From contig CAWBNQ010000003.1 in assembly GCA_963790205.1 (NCBI GenBank), positions 160,001 through 224,000 of the forward strand: DNA of 64,000 bases, read 5' to 3'. This document shows positions 23,017 to 31,073 of the stretch, piece after piece. The notes below the pieces were generated by a model. It was not told the origin of the DNA. It saw only the letters and a program-made list of their open reading frames with translations, and did no database searches. Positions within the stretch are counted from its first letter, which is position 1. Each line of letters opens with the position of its first letter. This stretch comes from Nitrospirota bacterium (GTDB lineage Bacteria > Nitrospirota > UBA9217). A program made the position numbers and the translations under genes.

Positions 23017-23806
23017 GACAAGATCCTTTCTGCCCCTCGGGGCTGAAGATCCTGTCCGACATTCTAACATATTTGTCTAAACGGAGGGGGTCAGTTCAAA
23101 CTCTTCCTTCTAACTTCAATTTACCCCACATCCTGCAGTACTATTCCGAATTCGACTCCGCACTTGATATTACCCGTTTGGGCAGGTATGCAAAAAATAT
23201 TAGTGTTGACAGTAAAATGCAGAAGACTATAATCGATGACGTCCCCCAACGGAAGAACACCCACTCATGCACGCGACATGTATGTAGTACAAATAATTAT
23301 AGAAGTATATTCTAGACCGCCCATGATTGGAGTTAATTTGTGATAAGTCCTGCAAGCAGGGAATTAAAACAAATTCAGGCTAACGACTACGTCAGCAAAG
23401 CCGAAGAAGCAACTCGTAGTAAACGCCACGAGGATGCGGCCACTTATTATTTCCACGCGGCTGAACTCTTCGAGGATATTCAAAGTTTTAAATTAGCAGC
23501 AGAATGCTACAAACATAGTTTTGTCAACAAGTTGTCATCATCTTCGTTGCTTAAGGATAATCCTGATGAAAAATACGTGGGGAACATGGAGTCGCTATAC
23601 GAAAGAGCCAAGGATCCGCATGGGCTTGAACATGCATATGGTTTTATAGAAAAAGTTTGTAGACAGAATTACTTAATAGATTTGTCAGATAAGTTTTATT
23701 TAAAAAAAATGACAGTACGTCAGAATTTATTTAAAAATAAAAACATTATTAAATGGTTGGGCTACTTCGCATGGGGCAAGTCTAGTAGTTATGGGTTGAG
23801 TCTTAA

Positions 23807-25139
23807 CAGTTTGCTGAAAAAGTCCTTTTCAAACGTGATGTAAATGCGTATAGTGGCGCAACGGCAGTTGACAAGGAGGCCACATGCGCGGTGAAAACGA
23901 GATTCAGAGCGGGATGTTCAGTTACTTTTCTCCTGAACAGCGTGTCCCGGCCCAGCATCCTCTGCGGGCGATCAAAGCCCATGCGGATACGGTTCTTGCA
24001 GAGCTTTCGCCGGTCTTCGACTCCATGTACAGCAACATGGGGCGGCCGTCGATCCCGCCGGAGAGGCTGCTGAAATCCCAGCTCTTGATCGCCCTGTACT
24101 CGGTGCGTTCCGAAACCCAGTTCTGCGAAATGGTGGATTATAACATTCTCTTCCGCTGGTTTTTGGATATGGACCTGGAAGAGTCGTCCTTCGATCCCAC
24201 GACGTTCACGAAGAACCGGGATCGGCTTCTGGAACATCGGGTGGCCGTGAAGTTTTTTGATCGTGTGGTTAACATCGCCCGGAAAGGCGGGCTGCTCTCG
24301 GATGATCATTTTACGGTGGACGGCAGCCTTATTGAGGCCTGCGCCAGTCTGAAGAGCTTCCGTCCCAAGGACGAGGACCCTTCGGACCGCCCGACGACGG
24401 ACGATGATCCGGGAAATCCCACGGTGAACTTTCGGGGTGAGAAACGGTCGAACAAGACTCATGCTTCTACCACTGATCCCGAGTCTCGTTTGATGAAGAA
24501 GAGCGCGGGCAAGGAGGCTAAGCTTTCTTTCGGCGCCCATGCCTTGATGGAGAACCGAAACGGCCTGCTGGTCGACATCACCGTTACCCCGGCAACGGGT
24601 GATGCGGAACGGGAGGCGGCCAAGGATATGCTTACCCGTCAGGCGCGGAAACGCGTTAAACCCAAGACCATCGGTGCCGATAAGGGCTACGATACCCAGG
24701 GCTTTGTTGAGGCCATGCGGGGCAGAGAGATCACGCCGCATGTTGCGGCCAACACCGAAAGAAGAGGCGGCTCTGCCATAGATGGACGCACCACGCGGCA
24801 CGAAGGATACAACATCAGCCAGCGAATCCGAAAACGGGTGGAAGAGATCTTCGGATGGCTCAAGAGCATCGGCGGTTTCAGGCGGACACGGTACAAGGGA
24901 AGAGATCGAACCCACCTTCAAGCCTTGTTCGTCGGAGCTGCATACAACCTGCTGCGAATAGTAAATATCCAACGGCGAACTGCGGCTGCTACATAGCAAA
25001 AGCGCAGTAGAATCCCGATAATGGGTGCCGAAAGGCGATCTTGAATGAGCTACAAAGTGTGTCATAGGCTTTGCAGTAGGATAAAAATCAAGCTCCGAAT
25101 AGAATTTTTTAAACTGAAGGCCACTTTTTCAGCGGCCTG
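23807..25139 (+). mobile_element. IS5-family insertion sequence
   Basis: IRs CAGTTTGCTGAAAAAGT / ACTTTTTCAGCGGCCTG; TTAA duplicated at 23803-23806 and 25140-25143. Confidence 0.92.
23884..24996 (+). CDS. IS5-family transposase
   Basis: GRPSIPPERLL, VDGSLIEA.AS, STTDPE, GADKGYD, RKRVEEIFGW.K. Confidence 0.93.
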   Translation: MRGENEIQSGMFSYFSPEQRVPAQHPLRAIKAHADTVLAELSPVFDSMYSNMGRPSIPPERLLKSQLLIALYSVRSETQFCEMVDYNILFRWFLDMDLEESSFDPTTFTKNRDRLLEHRVAVKFFDRVVNIARKGGLLSDDHFTVDGSLIEACASLKSFRPKDEDPSDRPTTDDDPGNPTVNFRGEKRSNKTHASTTDPESRLMKKSAGKEAKLSFGAHALMENRNGLLVDITVTPATGDAEREAAKDMLTRQARKRVKPKTIGADKGYDTQGFVEAMRGREITPHVAANTERRGGSAIDGRTTRHEGYNISQRIRKRVEEIFGWLKSIGGFRRTRYKGRDRTHLQALFVGAAYNLLRIVNIQRRTAAAT

Positions 25140-25438
25140 TTAAAAGATGGATTGTCTCAATTTGTTTCATGGCAGCCTTTTATGCCATTATCCTCTTGCC
25201 AGCCCCAATACCAGTGATGGGTTGTATTAGTATCAGCAGCGCATTCCCGCGACGCAGTATAGTCGAGCATATTGTATTCAGTATAATTACACTGGGTCCT
25301 TGGGAATGGACGTCCATTACTCCAATCAATACAGCAGGCTCCTTTATAATATTGCTAAAAGTGCTAGTTGGCTTCTTCTTGTTTGGAATACTTATGGATC
25401 TTCTTAAAAGGCGAATAAACAGGTGATAGGGGAATGCA

Positions 25439-25675
25439 ATGAAGAAATTCAATTACCGTTTGATACTATTTGCTGTTGTTCTTATATGCGGCCTTATCCC
25501 TACATTAGAAGGAGAAAAAGTAACCGTATTGTATTTAGTTACAGCTACTGCATATGCGGTAGTTTTGTCTGCATATAGATTTTTCAATTTATTAGATAAA
25601 TATACCTTATTATGGCAACGCATCGTTCGTTTGCTGATAGATCTTATATTTCTTACTATTTCGGCACTTGAAATT
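25439..25675 (+). pseudogene. N-terminal TM portion of a membrane protein, cut by the dual-transposase element
   Basis: Three hydrophobic segments; the stop codon lies inside the element end. Confidence 0.6.
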
Positions 25676-25705
25676 TGTGCACGCTAGCAGTTTATGATAA
25701 AAATC

Positions 25706-26749
25706 CTAGAGAAAATTGGGTGACACTTTTCCGTTGATCGTAACGGTAATAAACCCTTTCATCCTCAGCCAGGCCTCGACGGCGATCCGCCAGGCTGCTT
25801 GCGACTGAACACTACCATCACTGCATAGTATATCACCTTGCAAGTTTGTCATCCAGTCATAGGCAGCGCTCCTTTCCCATTTGGTAAACGTTTTTTTGTT
25901 CGTGAAGTACACTTGGCAGGCGTTGCCGCCATGCAGGCACGGACGGGGTTGGTGGTTAAGGTCATGTTCAACCGTCGATGCATATGCCTCCATGTGCTCG
26001 CGCGGACAACTGGACTTATACAAGAGTTTTGCAGCAAGCCCGTTCTTCAGCTCGGTTTGTGCCTCTTCGATCGCGCCGTTGTAGGGCGGATAATGGACTG
26101 GACTGTTCAACGGCAGGACGAAGTAGTCGGCGAGCACAGCATTGACCGCTGCATGATTCAGGTTCGCGCCATTGTCGCGCTTGAGGAACAGAGGCGCACC
26201 GAAGCGATCGAAGGTCGCTGCGAGATAGCCGGATATCTCTTCGCCGCAGGGCACATCTCCCGTCATAGGAGTGAACTTGTAGCGAGACGCGAGGTCCTGC
26301 ATATGGTTCAGGTACACCTTGCCACCGTCTGTGTCACGATGTTTGTATTCACAGGGGTCCATTGACCACGCGACGTTTGGCACGTTCCAGCTGATCCGCC
26401 GCAGATTCTGACGATGGAGTGTATTGAGGTCATGCCTCGCCATAGCGACCATGCTCTGCAGGTCTCGCCGTGACACAGAGGACGCGTGGCTCCCGTATAA
26501 TGCGCCCGTGCCCTGCGTGCGGCTCTGCCCGTGAGACAGCTTTGCGATATCCCCTGTAATCCCCTCAAGATCCGGAGGCTTGACCTTGGGAGGACCCGGT
26601 TGCCGCACGAGGGGCGTGGCGTTCTTCTGTCGCAGACGCCAACGGATAAAGCTCGGGTAGGGGAGCCTCACGGCACTGCAGATCTCCTGGTAGTGCATAC
26701 CGGTTTTCTCTCTCATCCGGTCAACAACGGCAAGCATACTGGTTATCAT
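25706..26749 (-). CDS. Second integrase-core DDE transposase (ORF4)
   Basis: PNVAWSMD, DLASRY, LKRDNG, NGAIE with D-35-E spacing, LNHQPRPCLHG. Confidence 0.88.
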   Translation of the reverse strand: MITSMLAVVDRMREKTGMHYQEICSAVRLPYPSFIRWRLRQKNATPLVRQPGPPKVKPPDLEGITGDIAKLSHGQSRTQGTGALYGSHASSVSRRDLQSMVAMARHDLNTLHRQNLRRISWNVPNVAWSMDPCEYKHRDTDGGKVYLNHMQDLASRYKFTPMTGDVPCGEEISGYLAATFDRFGAPLFLKRDNGANLNHAAVNAVLADYFVLPLNSPVHYPPYNGAIEEAQTELKNGLAAKLLYKSSCPREHMEAYASTVEHDLNHQPRPCLHGGNACQVYFTNKKTFTKWERSAAYDWMTNLQGDILCSDGSVQSQAAWRIAVEAWLRMKGFITVTINGKVSPNFL

Positions 26750-27132
26750 TTCTTCCTTCGCTTTCGTTTTTTTTCCTCCGACTCGTCAGCTCTTTTTTTC
26801 ACACGGGCATTGTGGAGTTCATACGCGTGCAGCATGTCCCGCACTTCTACCGTTTTCTTAGCGACAAAGAGCTTGTTCTGGAGCTCAGCGATTTGCTCCT
26901 GTAAACGCTGTTTCTCCTCGTCCTGCGGTATACTCGGCCTTCCAGGGGATTTATCCTCCATGGCCTCGGTCATCGCCTGTAATGCCCGGCGCTCCCACTC
27001 GTAGTAGGTCTTCCGCGACACGCCGAGCCTCCGTGCGCCTTCCTCGGCCGTGATCTGGCCGCTGCGCACTGCAAACACCACCGCAGTCCGCTTTCGGGCA
27101 AGCTCCTTGTCTTCTGAGTCGCTCATGCACAC
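26746..27132 (-). CDS. HTH plus coiled-coil protein (ORF3, OrfA-like)
   Basis: ITAEEGARRLGVSRKTYYEW HTH, PGRP linker, coiled coil. Confidence 0.85.
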   Translation of the reverse strand: MCMSDSEDKELARKRTAVVFAVRSGQITAEEGARRLGVSRKTYYEWERRALQAMTEAMEDKSPGRPSIPQDEEKQRLQEQIAELQNKLFVAKKTVEVRDMLHAYELHNARVKKRADESEEKKRKRRKK

Positions 27133-27143
27133 CGACCTTTCCG

Positions 27144-27539
27144 TTATGGGGTCTCAGCCTTGCGCAGGGGGGAGCTTTCGGGCTTCAGGTCCTTTAGCTT
27201 CTCCGGTTTCCTTGCTTCCTGCGCCTTCGACAGCGTCTTTTCCAGCCTGTTCTGTACCGGGAGCATCAGGCGCTTTTTCTCCAGCATCGTCTGCAGCCGC
27301 GGGCTGAGCGCCGGCCCCTTGTCCAGGATCACCCGGGGTTCCAGAGCCTGGAGCATTCCCTCCATCGCCCGTTTCTGCCACTGGGAGAGCACCATCCACG
27401 GTATCCCCATCTCCCGGCATACTTCCGCCGGCCTCCGCCGCTCCGTCCATATTGAGAGAACCGCCCGGCATTTCTCCATCGCCCCGTGGTTTGTCATCTG
27501 CCGCTTCTTCTCGCTTTTTATCTTCTCCGTTTTTTCCAT
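27144..27539 (-). CDS. Small HTH protein (ORF2), overlapping the ORF1 tail in another frame
   Basis: KCRAVLSIW...PAEVCREMGI....LSQWQKRA resembles transposase HTH domains; purine-rich RBS upstream. Confidence 0.72.
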   Translation of the reverse strand: MEKTEKIKSEKKRQMTNHGAMEKCRAVLSIWTERRRPAEVCREMGIPWMVLSQWQKRAMEGMLQALEPRVILDKGPALSPRLQTMLEKKRLMLPVQNRLEKTLSKAQEARKPEKLKDLKPESSPLRKAETP

Positions 27540-28701
27540 GGCCGGCCCCTTCTTCGTTTAGATTGTAGACTACTTCCTGCGTGGTGTCATCCTCTTCATC
27601 GTCAACCGATAGACGCAGCTTGCCCTTTTCCGCCCGCAGCACTACCGACTGCCCCTCCATGCGGCCCACCATGTAGAACGGCAGCTTGGGCTTCCCGCGG
27701 AGCGCCATCTCGAGGAGATTCTCCTGGATGCCATGCTCGATCGTCTTCCTGAGCTCGCTCTGGATCTCAAAATACCGGTCCGCGGGACACAGGCCGCCGA
27801 TCCCCTGGTGCGGTCGTTTGTGGTTGTAATACTTCACCCACTGCCGTATCCGCTCGGCGGCGTCCTCGAAGCTATCGAACTGCGCTCTGACAAGAAACTC
27901 CAGGTAGATCGTCTTCCAGAACCGTTCGATTTTGCCCAGGGTCATAGGGTGGTGTGGTTGGGATTTGATGTGGTGGATCTTGTCTTTCTTGAGCTCCAGC
28001 TCAAAACGGCTGTGCCCGCGCCAGCTCGTATACTGCCGCCCGTTATCCGTGAGCATCTCTTTCGGCGGGTTGTACTCGGAGGACGCCCGGCGGTATACCT
28101 CGATAACGTTCTGGCCCGTCTGAGTGCGGAAAAGCTCGAGCCCCGTGATGTAGCGGGAGTAATCATCGATGTAGCCGATCAGGTACGCATAGTGGCCGCC
28201 AAGACGGAACGTGAAGATGTCCGTTTGCCACAGCTGGTTCGGCGTTGATCGTTCGAAAAAACGGGGACGGGTGATATTACGCTGACGCTTCTTAGGCGGG
28301 GACTTGATGAGGGATGAATCGTGAAGGGTCTTGCGGACTGTTTCAGGGCTGGCGGAAAGAAAAAACGCCCTCTTTAAAACCTGTGAAATGCGCTTGATGC
28401 CGAAGAGCGGGTTGGCTTCTTTTACCTCGACGATCTTCTGCCTTACCGGAGAAGGAAGACTGCGCCCCTTACCTCTGTAATGCGTTGCGAGCCCCGCTTC
28501 GCCATGACGACGATAGTCGCGCACCCAGCGCCCGACCGTCCCACTGCTCAATCCGCATTCCTGCCGAATCACCGAAGCAGGGACGCTTTCTTCAACAAAC
28601 TTTTTGACGACTTGAAGCTTGAAATCCGGTCCATACCGCTTGCTTCGTTTCGGGAACTTCCTTTTCCTGCCTACTTGCTGTATACTCTTTTCTGGTTTCA
28701 T
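27154..28701 (-). CDS. IS481-like DDE transposase (ORF1)
   Basis: N-terminal HTHs, PNQLWQTD, IDDYSRY, LTDNG, GKIERF (D-39-E), YNHKRPHQGIGG..PA.RY. Confidence 0.92.
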   Translation of the reverse strand: MKPEKSIQQVGRKRKFPKRSKRYGPDFKLQVVKKFVEESVPASVIRQECGLSSGTVGRWVRDYRRHGEAGLATHYRGKGRSLPSPVRQKIVEVKEANPLFGIKRISQVLKRAFFLSASPETVRKTLHDSSLIKSPPKKRQRNITRPRFFERSTPNQLWQTDIFTFRLGGHYAYLIGYIDDYSRYITGLELFRTQTGQNVIEVYRRASSEYNPPKEMLTDNGRQYTSWRGHSRFELELKKDKIHHIKSQPHHPMTLGKIERFWKTIYLEFLVRAQFDSFEDAAERIRQWVKYYNHKRPHQGIGGLCPADRYFEIQSELRKTIEHGIQENLLEMALRGKPKLPFYMVGRMEGQSVVLRAEKGKLRLSVDDEEDDTTQEVVYNLNEEGAGHGKNGEDKKREEAADDKPRGDGEMPGGSLNMDGAAEAGGSMPGDGDTVDGALPVAETGDGGNAPGSGTPGDPGQGAGAQPAAADDAGEKAPDAPGTEQAGKDAVEGAGSKETGEAKGPEARKLPPAQG

Positions 28702-28784
28702 GATGACACTCCTTTCAAAACCTAACTTTGGAGTGTCACCCTATTTCCTCAAATCCTTGTTATCATAAACTGGTCGCTAGGACA

Positions 28785-29080
28785 AGTTTAAATTTTGTGC
28801 TGACGGCGCTGATGCGGTCAAACAATTTTCGAATGATATATTTCAGTTAGTAATAGTTGATCTTCATCTTGGCCAAGGAGGTATTCAGGGGCGTGATGTG
28901 ATAGAAGCCATCAGAAAATCACCCAGTGAGGTTCCAATAATCGTTGTAACTGGTACTGAATACCCATTTTATGATCAAGAGAGTCAAGAGTTCAAAAACT
29001 TGAACATACAAAAATACGAAAAGAAACCTATTAAGGCTTCTGAACTTGAAAAGTTGGTGAGAAAACAATTAAATATTTAA
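28785..29080 (+). pseudogene. Response-regulator receiver domain, 5'-truncated by the element
   Basis: Frame reads FKFCADGADAVKQF...FQLVIVDLHL...GRDVIEAIRK...PIIVVTG...KPIKASEL; first beta strand and start codon missing. Confidence 0.85.
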
Positions 29081-29266
29081 GTTGACGTAGTCAGGATTGA
29101 TGTGTACAGGTATTATCAACGAGCTGGGAGCCAAATCGCGAACTTTTGGGGCAACGTAGGGGGAGGTTGATGTATTTAGCGCGAATCACATGACTAGGAC
29201 CAGATTCGCATCGTGACGAGACGGGTCCTTGCTATAAGACCACGGTTTTCCCCGACAGGCTGGATT

Positions 29267-29304
29267 AAAAAGCCCATCGATGTATAGATGGGCTTTTTTT
29301 ATTT
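29267..29304. terminator. Bidirectional intrinsic terminator
   Basis: AAAAAGCCCATC-N8-GATGGGCTTTTTTT between convergent genes. Confidence 0.85.
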
Positions 29305-29326
29305 TGCAAACGAATCCGTGCTTATA

Positions 29327-30865
29327 TCAATGCGCTGCCGGCGGCGGACCAGCGACGTCGGGCGCGGCGCGCTGCATGATGAACACGAGCGGGAGTACGC
29401 AGATGATGAGGGCGCAGATCGTGAGGAACGCGTCGGTAAAGGCAAGGGTCGTCGACTGCCGGATGAGTTCCCGGTACAGCATGCCGTTGGCGGCGCCCGC
29501 GGGAAGGCCCTGTGAACCCAGGAACGCCCCGAGTTTGTCATGCAGGAAGGTGTAGGCCGGGTCGAAGGGAGACAGGTGCTCCACGAGCCTGGCCTGATGG
29601 AACTGGGCGCGCCGCGCAAGTATGGTGGTCGTGAACGCGATGCCCACGCTTCCTCCGAGGTTGCGGAGCAGGTTGTACAGGGAACTGGCCTCGGTCATGT
29701 GCTCCCGGGAAATGTGCGAGAGGGTCATGGTGGTGAGCGGAATGAAGGTGAATCCCATGCCGAGCCCCAGGACCACGCGCGGCCAGACAAAGGTCCAGAA
29801 GTCCGTGGTGAGGTTGAACCGCGACATCATGTACGTGCTGAACGCGCAGATCACGATACCCACGGCCAGGATCCTCTTGGGATTGACCTTGCTGACGAGT
29901 TTGCCGGCTATGGGCATGGCGATCATGGTGGCGATGCCGCCGGGGCCCAGGACGAGCCCGGCGTAGAAGGACGTGTAGCCCATCATCATCTGGAGGAAGA
30001 CCGGGAGCAGCACGATGCTGCCGAAGAGGTTCAGGAACACGAAGAACATCACCGTGGCGCCGCTCGTGAAGGTCCGGTCCTTGAAGAGCTTCAGGTTCAC
30101 AATGGGATGTTCGGAATAATACTCGTTGATCGCAAGCAGGGTAAGGGAGATCGCCGCAATGATGCCGAAGGTCATGATCAGGTTGGAAGCGAACCAGTCC
30201 TCGCTCTCTCCCTTGTCGAGCACGAACTGGAGCGAACCGAGGCCGACGGTAAGGAATATGAGCCCCCAGTAGTCGATCTTGACTTTCTGGCGCTGCATGT
30301 ACGGCGGGTCCTTGATCACGATGACGTTCATGATGATCGAGAGGATGCCGATGGGGATATTGATATAGAAGATCCAGCGCCAGGACCAGGTGTCCGTTAT
30401 CCAGCCGCCCAGAAGCGGCCCGACGATGGGGCCCAGCATGGCGCCCATGCCGAAGATGGCCATGGCCTGGCCGTGCTTTTCCCGGGGAAAGCTTTCGAGC
30501 AGGATGGACTGGCTGATCGGGACGAGCCCGCCGCCGCCGATGCCCTGAAGGATCCTGAAGAACACGAGGCTGTGCAGGCTCCAGGCCGAGCCGCACATGA
30601 AGGAGCTGAACGTGAACAGGGCGATCGAGGCGATCTGGTAGTTCTTCCTGCCGATGAGTCTTGCAAGCCAGCCCGCCATGGGGATGACGATGGCGTTCGA
30701 CACGAGGTAGGCGGTGATGGTCCACGTGGCTTCGTCGTAGCCCGCGGAGAGCGATCCCCTGATGTGTTCGAGCGACACGTTCACGACCGACGTGTCGATG
30801 ATCTCGATCAGCGTGGGGAGCATGACGGTAAAGGCGATGAGGCCGCGGCTTGTTTCTGGTTTCAT
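29327..30865 (-). CDS. DHA2-family MFS efflux permease (EmrB-like)
   Basis: DTSVVNV, W.ITAYL, RILQGIGGG, GPIVGPLLGGW, WRWIFYIN.PIG, RNLGGSVG. Confidence 0.95.
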   Translation of the reverse strand: MKPETSRGLIAFTVMLPTLIEIIDTSVVNVSLEHIRGSLSAGYDEATWTITAYLVSNAIVIPMAGWLARLIGRKNYQIASIALFTFSSFMCGSAWSLHSLVFFRILQGIGGGGLVPISQSILLESFPREKHGQAMAIFGMGAMLGPIVGPLLGGWITDTWSWRWIFYINIPIGILSIIMNVIVIKDPPYMQRQKVKIDYWGLIFLTVGLGSLQFVLDKGESEDWFASNLIMTFGIIAAISLTLLAINEYYSEHPIVNLKLFKDRTFTSGATVMFFVFLNLFGSIVLLPVFLQMMMGYTSFYAGLVLGPGGIATMIAMPIAGKLVSKVNPKRILAVGIVICAFSTYMMSRFNLTTDFWTFVWPRVVLGLGMGFTFIPLTTMTLSHISREHMTEASSLYNLLRNLGGSVGIAFTTTILARRAQFHQARLVEHLSPFDPAYTFLHDKLGAFLGSQGLPAGAANGMLYRELIRQSTTLAFTDAFLTICALIICVLPLVFIMQRAAPDVAGPPPAAH

Positions 30866-31073
30866 GAAGGTTCTTTCATATCAACGGCTAAAAGATGGTT
30901 TGCCGCTGAGGTCTCCGGGGACGCCGAGGAGAAGCTGTTGCGCATGCTGAAGCCTGCGGCTTTCCCCTGACCCAGCCCTCTCCCCGCCGGGAGAGGAGAA
31001 AGGCAAGTCTTCTCTGTGACCTCTTCTGTGGCCGAAGAGTCGTACAGGAACCGGGCCGCCACAGAGGGCTGCT

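Larger units (their letters stand above)
22160..23098 (-). mobile_element. IS3-family element, 3'-truncated
   Basis: Left end TGAACTGACCCCCTCC on the minus strand at 23098; orfA/orfB coupled by ATGA; no right end found. Confidence 0.8.
23340..25426 (+). pseudogene. 249-aa membrane protein (helical N-terminus plus two-TM channel-like C-terminus) split by IS5
   Basis: Removing 23807-25143 gives ...AGT CTT AAA AGA TGG..., in frame with the 25169-25426 ORF. Confidence 0.8.
25676..28784 (-). mobile_element. 3,109-bp four-ORF element with two DDE transposases, copy 1 (complete)
   Basis: Both ends read TGT-N9-CAGTTTATGATAA-N8/9-GAG(A/G)AAAT(T/A)GGGTGACACT; homology with copy 2 starts exactly at the TGT. 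Confidence 0.93.

Noticed and set aside
25676..28784. Element as Tn7/CAST-like or IS21-like
   Set aside because: No AAA+ ATPase, TnsA nuclease, TniQ or Cas gene among the four ORFs
28790..28800. AAATTTTGTGC just right of the element, resembling the left junction AAATTTGTGC
   Set aside because: Offset from the ACA terminus, imperfect and inside the receiver coding frame; treated as coincidence
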